Assembly: GCF_036971445.1 (NCBI RefSeq) | Contig: NC_091470.1 | Coordinates: forward strand, 187,674,001-187,738,000 | Direction of reading: 5' to 3' | Length of the DNA: 64,000 nucleotides | Source: Narcine bancroftii | Taxonomy: Eukaryota | Shown: one piece after another, positions 36,787-47,300 of the stretch | Numbering within the stretch: position 1 is the stretch's first letter | Layout of the letters: each line of letters begins with the position of its first letter | Made by a program: the position numbers and the translations under genes | Notes under the pieces: generated by a model | What the model saw: only the letters and a program-made list of their open reading frames with translations | Told to the model about the DNA's origin: nothing | Database searches by the model: none

Positions 36787-39419
36787 TATATTTTATTTTT
36801 CACACTGTGAATCATATCAACCAAAATATGTACAAACGTTTCTCATTAAAAATACACAGTGGCATTTTCTCCTTTTCCCCCCTTTCCCTCCCTCCTCTCT
36901 TCCCACCACCCCTCCAAAACCCATAAATATTCAACATATACAATACAATAAAACCATAAAACAATATCTTCACATAAAGGAAAATAAACAAGAAAAATGT
37001 GTCGTTACACACTGAATCTAGTTGTTTTGTCTTCTTTATCATTTTCATTTTAGGGGTCGGAAGTTTAATAGGCAAGCTCTCTCTGTTATGTTCCATGTAC
37101 GGTTCCCAAATTTGTTCAAACAATGTGACTTTATTTTTTAAATTATATGTTATTTTTTCCAATGGAATACATTTATTCATTTCCATGTACCACTGCTGTA
37201 TTCTCAGGCTCTCTTCCATTTTCCAAGTTGACCTTATACAATTTTTTGCTTCAGCTAAGGCCATCATAATAAATCTTTTTTGTGCTTCATCCAATTTGAG
37301 GCCTAATTCCTTATTTCTTATATTACTTAGAAGAAAGATCTCTGGATTTTTTGGTATGTTATTTTTTTGTGACTTTATTTAATACCTGATTTAGATCTTC
37401 CCAAAACTTTTTCACATGCCCAAATTGCATGTACTGTTGTTCCCGTTTCCTTCTTACAGCAAAAAACATCTATCTGATAATGTTGGATCCCATTTATTTA
37501 ACGTATGGAGCGTGATATATAACCTGTGTAACCAATTATAGTGTATCATACGTAACCTTGTGTTTATTGATTTCTTCATAGTTCCAGAACATAACTTTTC
37601 CCATGCTTCATTTTTTATCTTTATGTTTAAATCCTTTTCCCACTTCTGCTTAGGTTCATAGTTTATTTCATCATTTTCTTATCTTGTAGCTTGATGTACA
37701 TGTTCATTATAAATCTTTTAATTATCATTGTGTGTGTAATCACATATTCAAAGCTGCTTCCTTCTGGTAATCTCAGTCTGCTTCCCAATTTGTCCTTTAA
37801 GTAGGTTTTCAGTTGGTGGTATGCAAACATTGTACCATGAGTTATTCCATATTTGTACTTCATTTGTTCAAATGATAATAAATTATTTGCCAAAAAACAA
37901 TTTTCTATTCTTTTAATTCCTTTTCTCTCCCATTCTCTAAAGGAAAGGTTATCTATTGTAAAAGGGATTAGTGGATTTTGCATCAATAATAATTTTGGTA
38001 TTTGGCAATTCGATTTTTTTCTTTCCAAGTGGATCTTCTTCCATATATTAAGTAAATGATGGATTACTGGTGAGCTTTTATATTGGATCAGCTTTTCATC
38101 CCACTTATAAAATGTACATTCCGGTACCTTCTCCCCTATTTTATCTAGTTCTATCTTAGTCCAGTCTGGTTTTTCCCTTGTCTGGTAAAAATCTGATAAA
38201 TACCTTAATTGTGCGGCTCTATAATAATTTCTAAAGTTTGGTAACTGCAAACCACCTTGGTTATACCTCTCTGTTAATTTATCTAATGCTACCCTCGGTT
38301 TCCTCTCTTTCCGCAAGAATTTCCTTATTATTCTCTTTAGTTCATTAAAAAAGAATTCTGTTAAGGGAATTGGTAATGTTTGAAATAAATATTGTATCCT
38401 TGGGAACATGTTCATTTTAATGGAGTTTACCCTCCCTATCAACATTAGTGATAATTCTTTCCAATGTTCTAAGTCTTCCTGGAATTTATTTATTAGTGGC
38501 TGATAATTTAGTTTGTACAAGTGCCTTAAATTATTATCTAACCTGATCCCTAGGTATCGGATTGTTTGTGTTTGCCATTTAAATGGTGATTCTTTTTAAA
38601 ATTCTGTATAATCCGCATTACTCATTGGCATCGCTTCACTTTTGTTTGCATTGATCTTGTACCCCGATATTTCTCCATATTCCTCATAAAGTTCTTTTAT
38701 TGATATTTCTGGCTCTGTCAGCTATACTATGATGTCATCTGCAAATAAACTGATTTTATACTCCTCCTCCTTTATTTTTATCCCTTTTATTTTATTTTCT
38801 ATTCTTATCAGTTCTGCCAAAGGTTCTATTACTAAGGCGAACAATGAGGAGGATAATGGACATCCCTGCCTAATTGACCTACTTAATTTAATTCGATACA
38901 AATCCATTTACTGCTACTTTTGCCAACGGTCCATTATACAATGCTTTAATCCAATTTATATATTTTTCTGGTAGACTGAACTTCTGTAATACTTTATATA
39001 ATTCCACTCTACTCTCTCAAAGGCTTTTTCAAAATCTAAAGCAACAGCCACTGTTGGTTTCTTATTTCCTTGAACTGTATGAATTAGATTAATAAATTTA
39101 CAGACATTATCCGCTGTTCGTCTTTTCTTAATAAATCCAGTTTGGTTTTGCTTTACTATTTTTGGTAAACAGTCGGCCAATCTATTTGCTAATAATTTTG
39201 CTATTATCTTATAATCTGAATTATGTAGAGATAATGGTCTATATGATGCTGGTGTTAATGGATCCTTCCCCGTCTTTGGTATTACTGTAATTATTGCTGT
39301 CTTAAATGAATCTGGCAACTTTTGTGTTTCTTCTACCTGGTTCATTACTGCCAGGAGAGGAGGAATTAATAACTCTTTAAACATTTTATAGAATTATATT
39401 GGGAATCCATCTGCCCTGG
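36787..39419 (-). mobile_element. 5'-truncated L1/Tx1-clade LINE (RT to 3' end) with 12-bp TSD
   Basis: YRPLSL, QTGFIKKR, LDFEKAF, RQGCPLS, LFADDI, GGLQLPN motifs with frameshifts. TSD ggctgggttata at 36775-36786 and 39420-39431. Same family as 26849-28082. Confidence 0.92.
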
Positions 39420-39937
39420 GGCTGGGTTATAGAGATGGGTTGGGGCATGGGGGGTTTTACAGAAGTAGGGAGGAGTCGGGGAAGTTCCAAAGAGGAGCAG
39501 GTTAAAGAGATAGGATAGGGTGGAATTACAGAAAGAGGGAAGGGTGTAGGAGATAGAAGGGATTCCAGAGATAGGGAAGGGTTTAGGAGCTAGAGAGGGT
39601 TCCAGAGATGGAAGGGGGTAGGAGCAGGAGGGGATTCCAAAGATAGGGAGGGGTATTGGAGTTAAAGAGATAGGATAGGATAGGGCATGGGTGGAATTAC
39701 AGAAAGAGGGAAGGTTGTAGGAGATGTAAGGGATTCCAGAGATAGGGAAAGGTTTAGGAGCTAGAGAGGGTTCCAGAGATGGAGGGGATTCCAAAGATAG
39801 GGAGGGGTATTGGGGCTGGAGGGGATTCCAGGGATGGGGAGGGGTGTTAGGGCTGGAGGGGATTCCAGAGGAGGGGAGAGGCATTGGAACTGGTGGTGAT
39901 TCCAAGGGAGGGGAGGGGGAGGTGTGTTGGGGCAGGA

Positions 39938-40125
39938 GGCAATTCCAGGGGGCGGGGAGGGAGGCAATTCCAGGGGCGGGGAGGGAGGCAATTCCAGGGG
40001 CGGGGAGGGAGGCAATTCCAGGGGCGGGGAGGGAGGCAATTCCAGGGGCGGGGAGGGAGGCAATTCCAGGGGCGGGGAGGGAGGCAATTCCAGGGGCGGG
40101 GAGGGAGGCAATTCCAGGGGCAGGG
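39938..40125. repeat. 24-bp minisatellite (ggcaattccaggggcggggaggga)
   Basis: About 7-8 near-perfect units. Confidence 0.92.
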
Positions 40126-40184
40126 AAGGAGATGAAGTACAGCAACCAGTGAGAGCCCACCATCACTCTCCACACTTACCGGCT

Positions 40185-41150
40185 CCCCCCCCCCGGTCGA
40201 GGCCTCCCCCCCCCCCGCCGCCCCCCCCCCCCGGTCCGACCCCCCCCGCCCGGTCCGACCCCCCTGGCCCCGGTCCGAACCCCCCGGTCCCGGCCCCGAC
40301 CCCCCGGTCCCGGCCCCGACCCCCCGGTCCCGGCCCCGGCCCCCCGGTCCCGGCCCCGGCCCCGACCCCCCGGTCCCGGCCCCGGCCCCGACCCCCCGGT
40401 CCCCGGCCCCGGCCCCGACCCCCCGGTCCCGGCCCCGGCCCCGACCCCCCGGTCCCGGCCCCGGCCCCGACCCCCCTGGTCCCGGCCCCGGCCCCGACCC
40501 CCCTGGTCCCGGCCCCCGGCCCCGACCCCCCTGGTCCCGGTCCCGGCCCCCGACCCCCCTGGTCCCGGTCCCGGCCCCCCTGGTCCCGGCCCCGACCCCC
40601 CTGGTCCCGGCCCCGACCCCCCTGGTCCCGGCCCCGACCCCCCCGGTCCCGGCCCCGGCCCCGACCCCTGCCCCGACCCCTGGCCCGACTCTCAGTCCCC
40701 CTGCCCCGGTCTGACCCCCCAGTTCCCCTGCCCCGGTCTGACCCCCCAGTTCCCCTGCCCCGGTTTGACCCCCCAGTTCCCCTGCCCCGGTTTGACCCCG
40801 TCTCCCTGCCCCGGTCTGACCCCCGGTCTCCCTGCCCCGGTCTGACCCCCGGTCTCCCTGCCCCGGTCTGACCCCCGGTCCCCCTGCCCCGGTCTGACCC
40901 TCGGTCCCCCTGCCCCGGTCTGACCCCCGGTCTCCCTGCCCCGGTCTGACCCCCGGTCTCCCTGCCCCGGTCTGACCCCCGGTCTCCCTGCCCCGGTCTG
41001 ACCCCCGGTCTCCCTGCCCCGGTCTGACCCCCGGTCTCCCAGCCCCGGTTTGACCCCCGGTCTCTTTGCCCCGGTTTGACCCCCGGTCTCCCTGCCCCGG
41101 TTTGACCCCCGGTCTCCCTGTCCCAGTTTGACCCCCGATCCCCTTGTCCC
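40185..41150. repeat. GC-rich composite minisatellite (cccgg variants grading into a 26-bp unit ctgccccggtctgacccccggtctcc)
   Basis: Direct inspection; source of Pro/Gly-rich spurious ORFs. Confidence 0.88.
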
Positions 41151-41245
41151 CCTGCCCGGTTTATGCCCAGTCTGTGGCCCGTTTTTACACCCAGTCTCCA
41201 TGTCACAGTTTTACGCCCAGCCCTGGCCCACCATGAGACACTTAC

Positions 41246-41347
41246 CCTCAGGCAACAACCAGTAGTGGAGCAGTTTCAGGATTCCGTGCAGAAAATAGGC
41301 ACAAATCAGCATCCCCACTACCTCTTCAAACGAAGGCCATGAAACTC
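41246..41347 (-). CDS. TAPBP: Tapasin exon 6 (transmembrane)
   Basis: Hand translation GVSWPSFEEVVGMLICAYFLHGILKLLHYWLLPE, compared with human GLSGPSLEDSVGLFLSAFLLLGLFKALGW. Boundaries ctttccag| and G|gtaagt; 102 nt. Confidence 0.9.
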
Positions 41348-44300
41348 CTGGAAAGACATCAGGAAGGTGAGCTCCCTGACATCGGCACAGGCTCAGTTCC
41401 AGAGCACTGGCCAGGACAGGATGGGGCTCTGATGTCTAAAGACTGGCCAGGGACTTGGGGTATGGGCTGGGTGGAGATGAGGAGGTTTGAAATCGTGGAT
41501 AGACCTCTCTGGGCGTTAAGTGTGGATGGTGGGAACGTGGGGAGTGTGGCCAGGTTCCCTGGGACAGAGGCATTGGACGTTCCTGAGAGGTCAGGAAACG
41601 ATCTTCACGAATGGCTGACAGTGCCTGACAGTGGGAGGGAGCTCCGCACGGTGGGAGAGGTGGCGAGGGAGCCCCGCGGTGTGGGAGCAGCGGTGAGGAA
41701 GCCCCGCATAGTGGTAGGGGTGGTGAGGGAGCCCTGCGCAGTGGGAGGGGCGGTGATGAAGCCCCGAGCAGCGGGAAGGCCAGTGAGGGATCATGCACTA
41801 GAAGGGGCATTGAAGGAGCCCTGCACAGTGGGAGGGGCGGTGAGGGAACTCTGCATGGTTGAAGGCGAGTTGATCCATGAGTCGCCCTCTTTACCTGCCA
41901 CCTTCAAGGTCAGGCTCCTCCTGACCCCTCCCTTCAGGGACACATGATCGACGTGACATGTGTAGACGGTACCGTGATCGGCCATGGTCGGTGTCACGGT
42001 GATCCCGCTGGTCAAGTTGAATGTCCCGTCACTGTTTTGCTGGTGCCCGCTCTGCCAGCTGTTGGGGAGGAGCTCAGCGCTGCTATTTCCAGGGATCCTG
42101 CGTGTCCAGGTCACGGTGACATCCAGTGGGTAGTAGTTGGCCACCTCACATAGGATGTTCTGGGCTTCACTCGGGCTGAGATACAGGGGGTCCGGCTTCA
42201 GCACAAGTTTCGGTGGCTCTGCAGAGACCAGCAGGAGACAGCAGTGAAACTTCTGGCTTCCCCCCACCCCCCCTCCAATGCTGCTGGGTAGGTCCCATTG
42301 GCTGTAACCCACAGTCTGGCCCCCTCTCCCTTGCCCAGAGGTCCCACAGTGTCAGCGGGCTGTTCCCACGCAGGCTGGCCATAAAGTCCCAGCAGGACTG
42401 CAGAGAGCCTGTCTTGTTACCACACCCTGGTCCTAGGCAGCGCGAGGGGGGGGGGGGCGTGGGGGAGGGGAGGGGTGGGGGGGGGGAAGGGAGGGGTGGG
42501 GGGGTGGGGGAGGGGAGGGGAGGGGTGGGGGGGTGGGGGGGGGGGAAATGATGGACCATCATGGTGTCTGTCTGTCGGTGTCGGTCTGTCGGTGTCGGTC
42601 TGTCGGTGTCGGTCTGTCGGTGTCGGTCTGTCGGTGTCGGTCTGTCGGTGTCGGTCTGTCGGTGTCGGTCTGTCGGTGTCGGTCTGTCGGTGTCGGTCTG
42701 TCGGTGTCGGTCTGTCGGTGTCGGTCTGTCGGTGTCGGTCTGTCGGTCTGTCGGTCTGTCGGTCTGTCGGTCTGTCGGTCTGTCGGTCTGTCGGTCTGTC
42801 GGTCTGTCGGTCTGTCGGTCTGTCGGTCTGTCGGTCTGTCGGTCTGTCGGCGTCGGTCTGTCGGCGTCGGTCTGTCGGCGTCGGTCTGTCGGCGTCGGTC
42901 TGTCGGCGTCGGTCTGTCGGCGTCGGTCTGTCGGCGTCGGTCTGTCGGCGTCGGTCTGTCGGCGTCGGTCTGTCGGCGTCGGTCTGTCGGCGTCGGTCTG
43001 TCGGCGTCGGTCTGTCGGCGTCGGTCTGTCGGCGTCGGTCTGTCGGCGTCGGTCTGTCGGCGTCGGTCTGTCGGCGTCGGTCTGTCGGCGTCGGTCTGTC
43101 GGCGTCGGTCTGTCGGCGTCGGTCTGTCGGCGTCGGTCTGTCGGCGTCGGTCTGTCGGCGTCGGTCTGTCGGCGTCGGTCTGTCGGCGTCGGTCTGTCGG
43201 CGTCGGTCTGTCGGCGTCGGTCTGTCGGCGTCGGTCTGTCGGCGTCGGTCTGTCGGCGTCGGTCTGTCGGCGTCGGTCTGTCGGCGTCGGTCTGTCGGCG
43301 TCGGTCTGTCGGCGTCGGTCTGTCGGCGTCGGTCTGTCGGCGTCGGTCTGTCGGCGTCGGTCTGTCGGCGTCGGTCTGTCGGCGTCGGTCTGTCGGCGTC
43401 GGTCTGTCGGCGTCGGTCTGTCGGCGTCGGTCTGTCGGCGTCGGTCTGTCGGCGTCGGTCTGTCGGCGTCGGTCTGTCGGCGTCGGTCTGTCGGCGTCGG
43501 TCTGTCGGCGTCGGTCTGTCGGCGTCGGTCTGTCGGCGTCGGTCTGTCGGCGTCGGTCTGTCGGCGTCGGTCTGTCGGCGTCGGTCTGTCGGCGTCGGTC
43601 TGTCGGCGTCGGTCTGTCGGCGTCGGTCTGTCGGCGTCGGTCTGTCGGCGTCGGTCTGTCGGCGTCGGTCTGTCGGCGTCGGTCTGTCGGCGTCGGTCTG
43701 TCGGCGTCGGTCTGTCGGCGTCGGTCTGTCGGCGTCGGTCTGTCGGCGTCGGTCTGTCGGCGTCGGTCTGTCGGCGTCGGTCTGTCGGCGTCGGTCTGTC
43801 GGCGTCGGTCTGTCGGCGTCGGTCTGTCGGCGTCGGTCTGTCGGCGTCGGTCTGTCGGCGTCGGTCTGTCGGCGTCGGTCTGTCGGCGTCGGTCTGTCGG
43901 CGTCGGTCTGTCGGCGTCGGTCTGTCGGCGTCGGTCTGTCGGCGTCGGTCTGTCGGCGTCGGTCTGTCGGCGTCGGTCTGTCGGCGTCGGTCTGTCGGCG
44001 TCGGTCTGTCGGCGTCGGTCTGTCGGCGTCGGTCTGTCGGCGTCGGTCTGTCGGCGTCGGTCTGTCGGCGTCGGTCTGTCGGCGTCGGTCTGTCGGCGTC
44101 GGTCTGTCGGCGTCGGTCTGTCGGCGTCGGTCTGTCGGCGTCGGTCTGTCGGCGTCGGTCTGTCGGCGTCGGTCTGTCGGCGTCGGTCTGTCGGCGTCGG
44201 TCTGTCGGCGTCGGTCTGTCGGCGTCGGTCTGTCGGCGTCGGTCTGTCGGCGTCGGTCTGTCGGCGTCGGTCTGTCGGCGTCGGTCTGTCGGCGTCGGTC

Positions 44301-47300
44301 TGTCGGCGTCGGTCTGTCGGCGTCGGTCTGTCGGCGTCGGTCTGTCGGCGTCGGTCTGTCGGCGTCGGTCTGTCGGCGTCGGTCTGTCGGCGTCGGTCTG
44401 TCGGCGTCGGTCTGTCGGCGTCGGTCTGTCGGCGTCGGTCTGTCGGCGTCGGTCTGTCGGCGTCGGTCTGTCGGCGTCGGTCTGTCGGCGTCGGTCTGTC
44501 GGCGTCGGTCTGTCGGCGTCGGTCTGTCGGCGTCGGTCTGTCGGCGTCGGTCTGTCGGCGTCGGTCTGTCGGTCTGTCGGTCTGTCGGTCTGTCGGTCTG
44601 TCGGTGTCGGTCTGTCGGTGTCGGTCTGTCGGTGTCGGTCTGTCGGTGGCGGTCTGTCGGTGTCGGTCTGTCGGTGGCGGTCTGTCGGTGTCGGTCTGTC
44701 GGTGTCGGTCTGTCGGTGTCGGTCTGTCGGTGTCGGTCTGTCGGTGTCGGTCTGTCGGTGTCGGTCTGTCGGTGTCGGTCTGTCGGTGTCGGTCTGTCGG
44801 TGTCGGTCTGTCGGTGTCGGTCTGTCGGTGTCGGTCTGTCGGTGTCGGTCTGTCGGTGTCGGTCTCTCGGTGTCGGTCTCTCGGTGTCGGTCTCTCGGTG
44901 TCGGTCTCTCGGTGTCGGTCTGTCGGTGTCGGTCTGTCGGTGTCGGTCTGTCGGTGTCGGTCTGTCGGTGTCGGTCTGTCGGTGTCGGTCTGTCGGTGTC
45001 GGTCTGTCGGTGTCGGTCTGTCGGTGTCGGTCTGTCGGTGTCGGTCTGTCGGTGTCGGTCTGTCGGTGTCGGTCTGTCGGTGTCGGTCTGTCGGTGTCGG
45101 TCTGTCGGTGTCGGTCTGTCGGTGTCGGTCTGTCGGTGTCGGTCTGTCGGTGTCGGTCTGTCGGTGTGTCGGTCTGTCGGTCTGTCGGTCTGTCGGTCTG
45201 TCGGTCTGTCGGTCTGTCGGTCTGTCGGTCTGTCGGTCTGTCGGTCTGTCGGTCTGTCGGTCTGTCGGTCTGTCGGTCTGTCGGTGTGTCGGTCTGTCGG
45301 TCTGTCGGTGTGTCGGTCTGTCGGTGTGTCGGTCTGTCGGTGTCGGTCTGTCGGTGTCTCGGTGTCGGTGTCTCGGTGTCGGTGTCTCGGTGTCGGTCTG
45401 TCGGTGTCGGTCTGTCGGTGTCGGTCTGTCGGTGTCGGTCTGTCGGTGTCGGTCTGTCGGTGTCGGTCTGTCGGTGTCGGTCTGTCGGTGTCGGTCTGTC
45501 TGTCTGTCGGTGTCGGTCTGTCTGTCTGTCGGTGTCGGTCTGTCTGTCTGTCGGTGTCGGTCTGTCTGTCTGTCGGTGTCGGTCTGTCTGTCTGTCGGTG
45601 TCGGTCTGTCTGTCTGTCGGTGTCGGTCTGTCTGTCTGTCGGTGTCGGTCTGTCTGTCTGTCGGTGTCGGTCTGTCTGTCTGTCGGTGTCGGTCTGTCTG
45701 TCTGTCGGTGTCGGTCTGTCTGTCTGTCGGTGTCGGTCTGTCTGTCTGTCGGTGTCGGTCTGTCTGTCTGTCGGTGTCGGTCTGTCTGTCTGTCGGTTTC
45801 GGTCTGTCTGTCTGTCGGTGTCGGTCTGTCTGTCTGTCGGTGTCGGTCTGTCTGTCTGTCGGTGTCGGTCTGTCTGTCTGTCGGTGTCGGTCTGTCTGTC
45901 TGTCGGTGTCGGTCTGTCTGTCTGTCGGTGTCGGTCTGTCTGTCTGTCGGTGTCGGTCTGTCTGTCTGTCGGTGTCGGTCTGTCTGTCTGTCGGTGTCGG
46001 TCTGTCTGTCTGTCGGTGTCGGTCTGTCTGTCTGTCGGTGTCGGTCTGTCTGTCTGTCGGTGTCGGTCTGTGTCTGTCTGTGTCGGTCTGTGTCTGTCTG
46101 TGCCTGTGTNNNNNNNNNNNNNNNNNNNNNNNNNNNNNNNNNNNNNNNNNNNNNNNNNNNNNNNNNNNNNNNNNNNNNNNNNNNNNNNNNNNNNNNNNNN
46201 NNNNNNNNNNNNNNNNNNNNNNNNNNNNNNNNNNNNNNNNNNNNNNNNNNNNNNNNNNNNNNNNNNNNNNNNNNNNNNNNNNNNNNNNNNNNNNNNNNNN
46301 NNNNNNNNNNNNNNNNNNNNNNNNNNNNNNNNNNNNNNNNNNNNNNNNNNNNNNNNNNNNNNNNNNNNNNNNNNNNNNNNNNNNNNNNNNNNNNNNNNNN
46401 NNNNNNNNNNNNNNNNNNNNNNNNNCGATAGACGTGTGTGTATCTATGGACATGTGTGTGCTTTCAGGACAAAGGTTTTGTGTCTGTCTGTCCATGGACA
46501 CTTGGATGCATGTACGTACCTATGGGCATGTGTAGTTTGCGTGTCTGCAGGCGTGGGTGCATGTATTTACAGGAGTGCATGTGCATGTCCCCAATATACG
46601 TGAGTATGTTGCCCCTTTCTCCTATTGGGGCGCCAGGCGACTCTCTGTTTGCCTTACGACAGGCAGATGCTGAAGTACATCACATATATTACATTTTCAA
46701 AGCATTATTATGTGGCAATAAAAGGAACCCTTGAACCTTCCAATCTACAGTTGGGTGTGGGCGTTTATGTGCATGTGTTTGAGTGTGCGCGCGTATTTGA
46801 ATGTGTGAATGCGTATGCGAGCACATGTGTGTGTGTGTTGGCATGTGCATGTGCGTATGGGTGTGTGTGGTGTGTGCGATTGCATGTGCGTGTGCGCCAG
46901 CGCATATATGTGTGTATGGGTGTATGTGGCGTGTGTGAGAGCACATGCATGTGCATATGGGTCTGTGTGCGCCCACGTGTGTTAGCGAGAGAGAGAGAGA
47001 GAGAGAGAGCGCGTTCAGAGGCTGGTTGTGTGTGCAGGGGGGGGGGGAATGATGAGAGCCCTCACTGAACGTGGTTGGGCCGCAGCAGAGTTGGACAGGA
47101 TCATGGAGGGAAGACACGTCCACTTGTTGAAGGTTCATGGACTGGGGGGTGTGGGGGGATGCAAAAAGTTTCAAAGTGAAGGATATGGTGTGGGGGGGGG
47201 TGAGAAGAGACTGTTCTCCCCAGAGGGCGGGGTCTGGGATTCAATGCCAGGGAGCCAATCACATGCTGGGGGGGGGGTTGGTGGTGAGACTGGCAGGGCT

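Noticed and set aside
39366-41206. Pro-, Gly- and Arg-rich ORFs (269-347 aa)
   Set aside because: Products of the 24-bp and GC-rich minisatellites; no domain signal.
42167-46603. 1300-1444-aa ORFs on both strands
   Set aside because: Translations of the 14/8/22-bp satellite plus an N gap, open in several frames at once.
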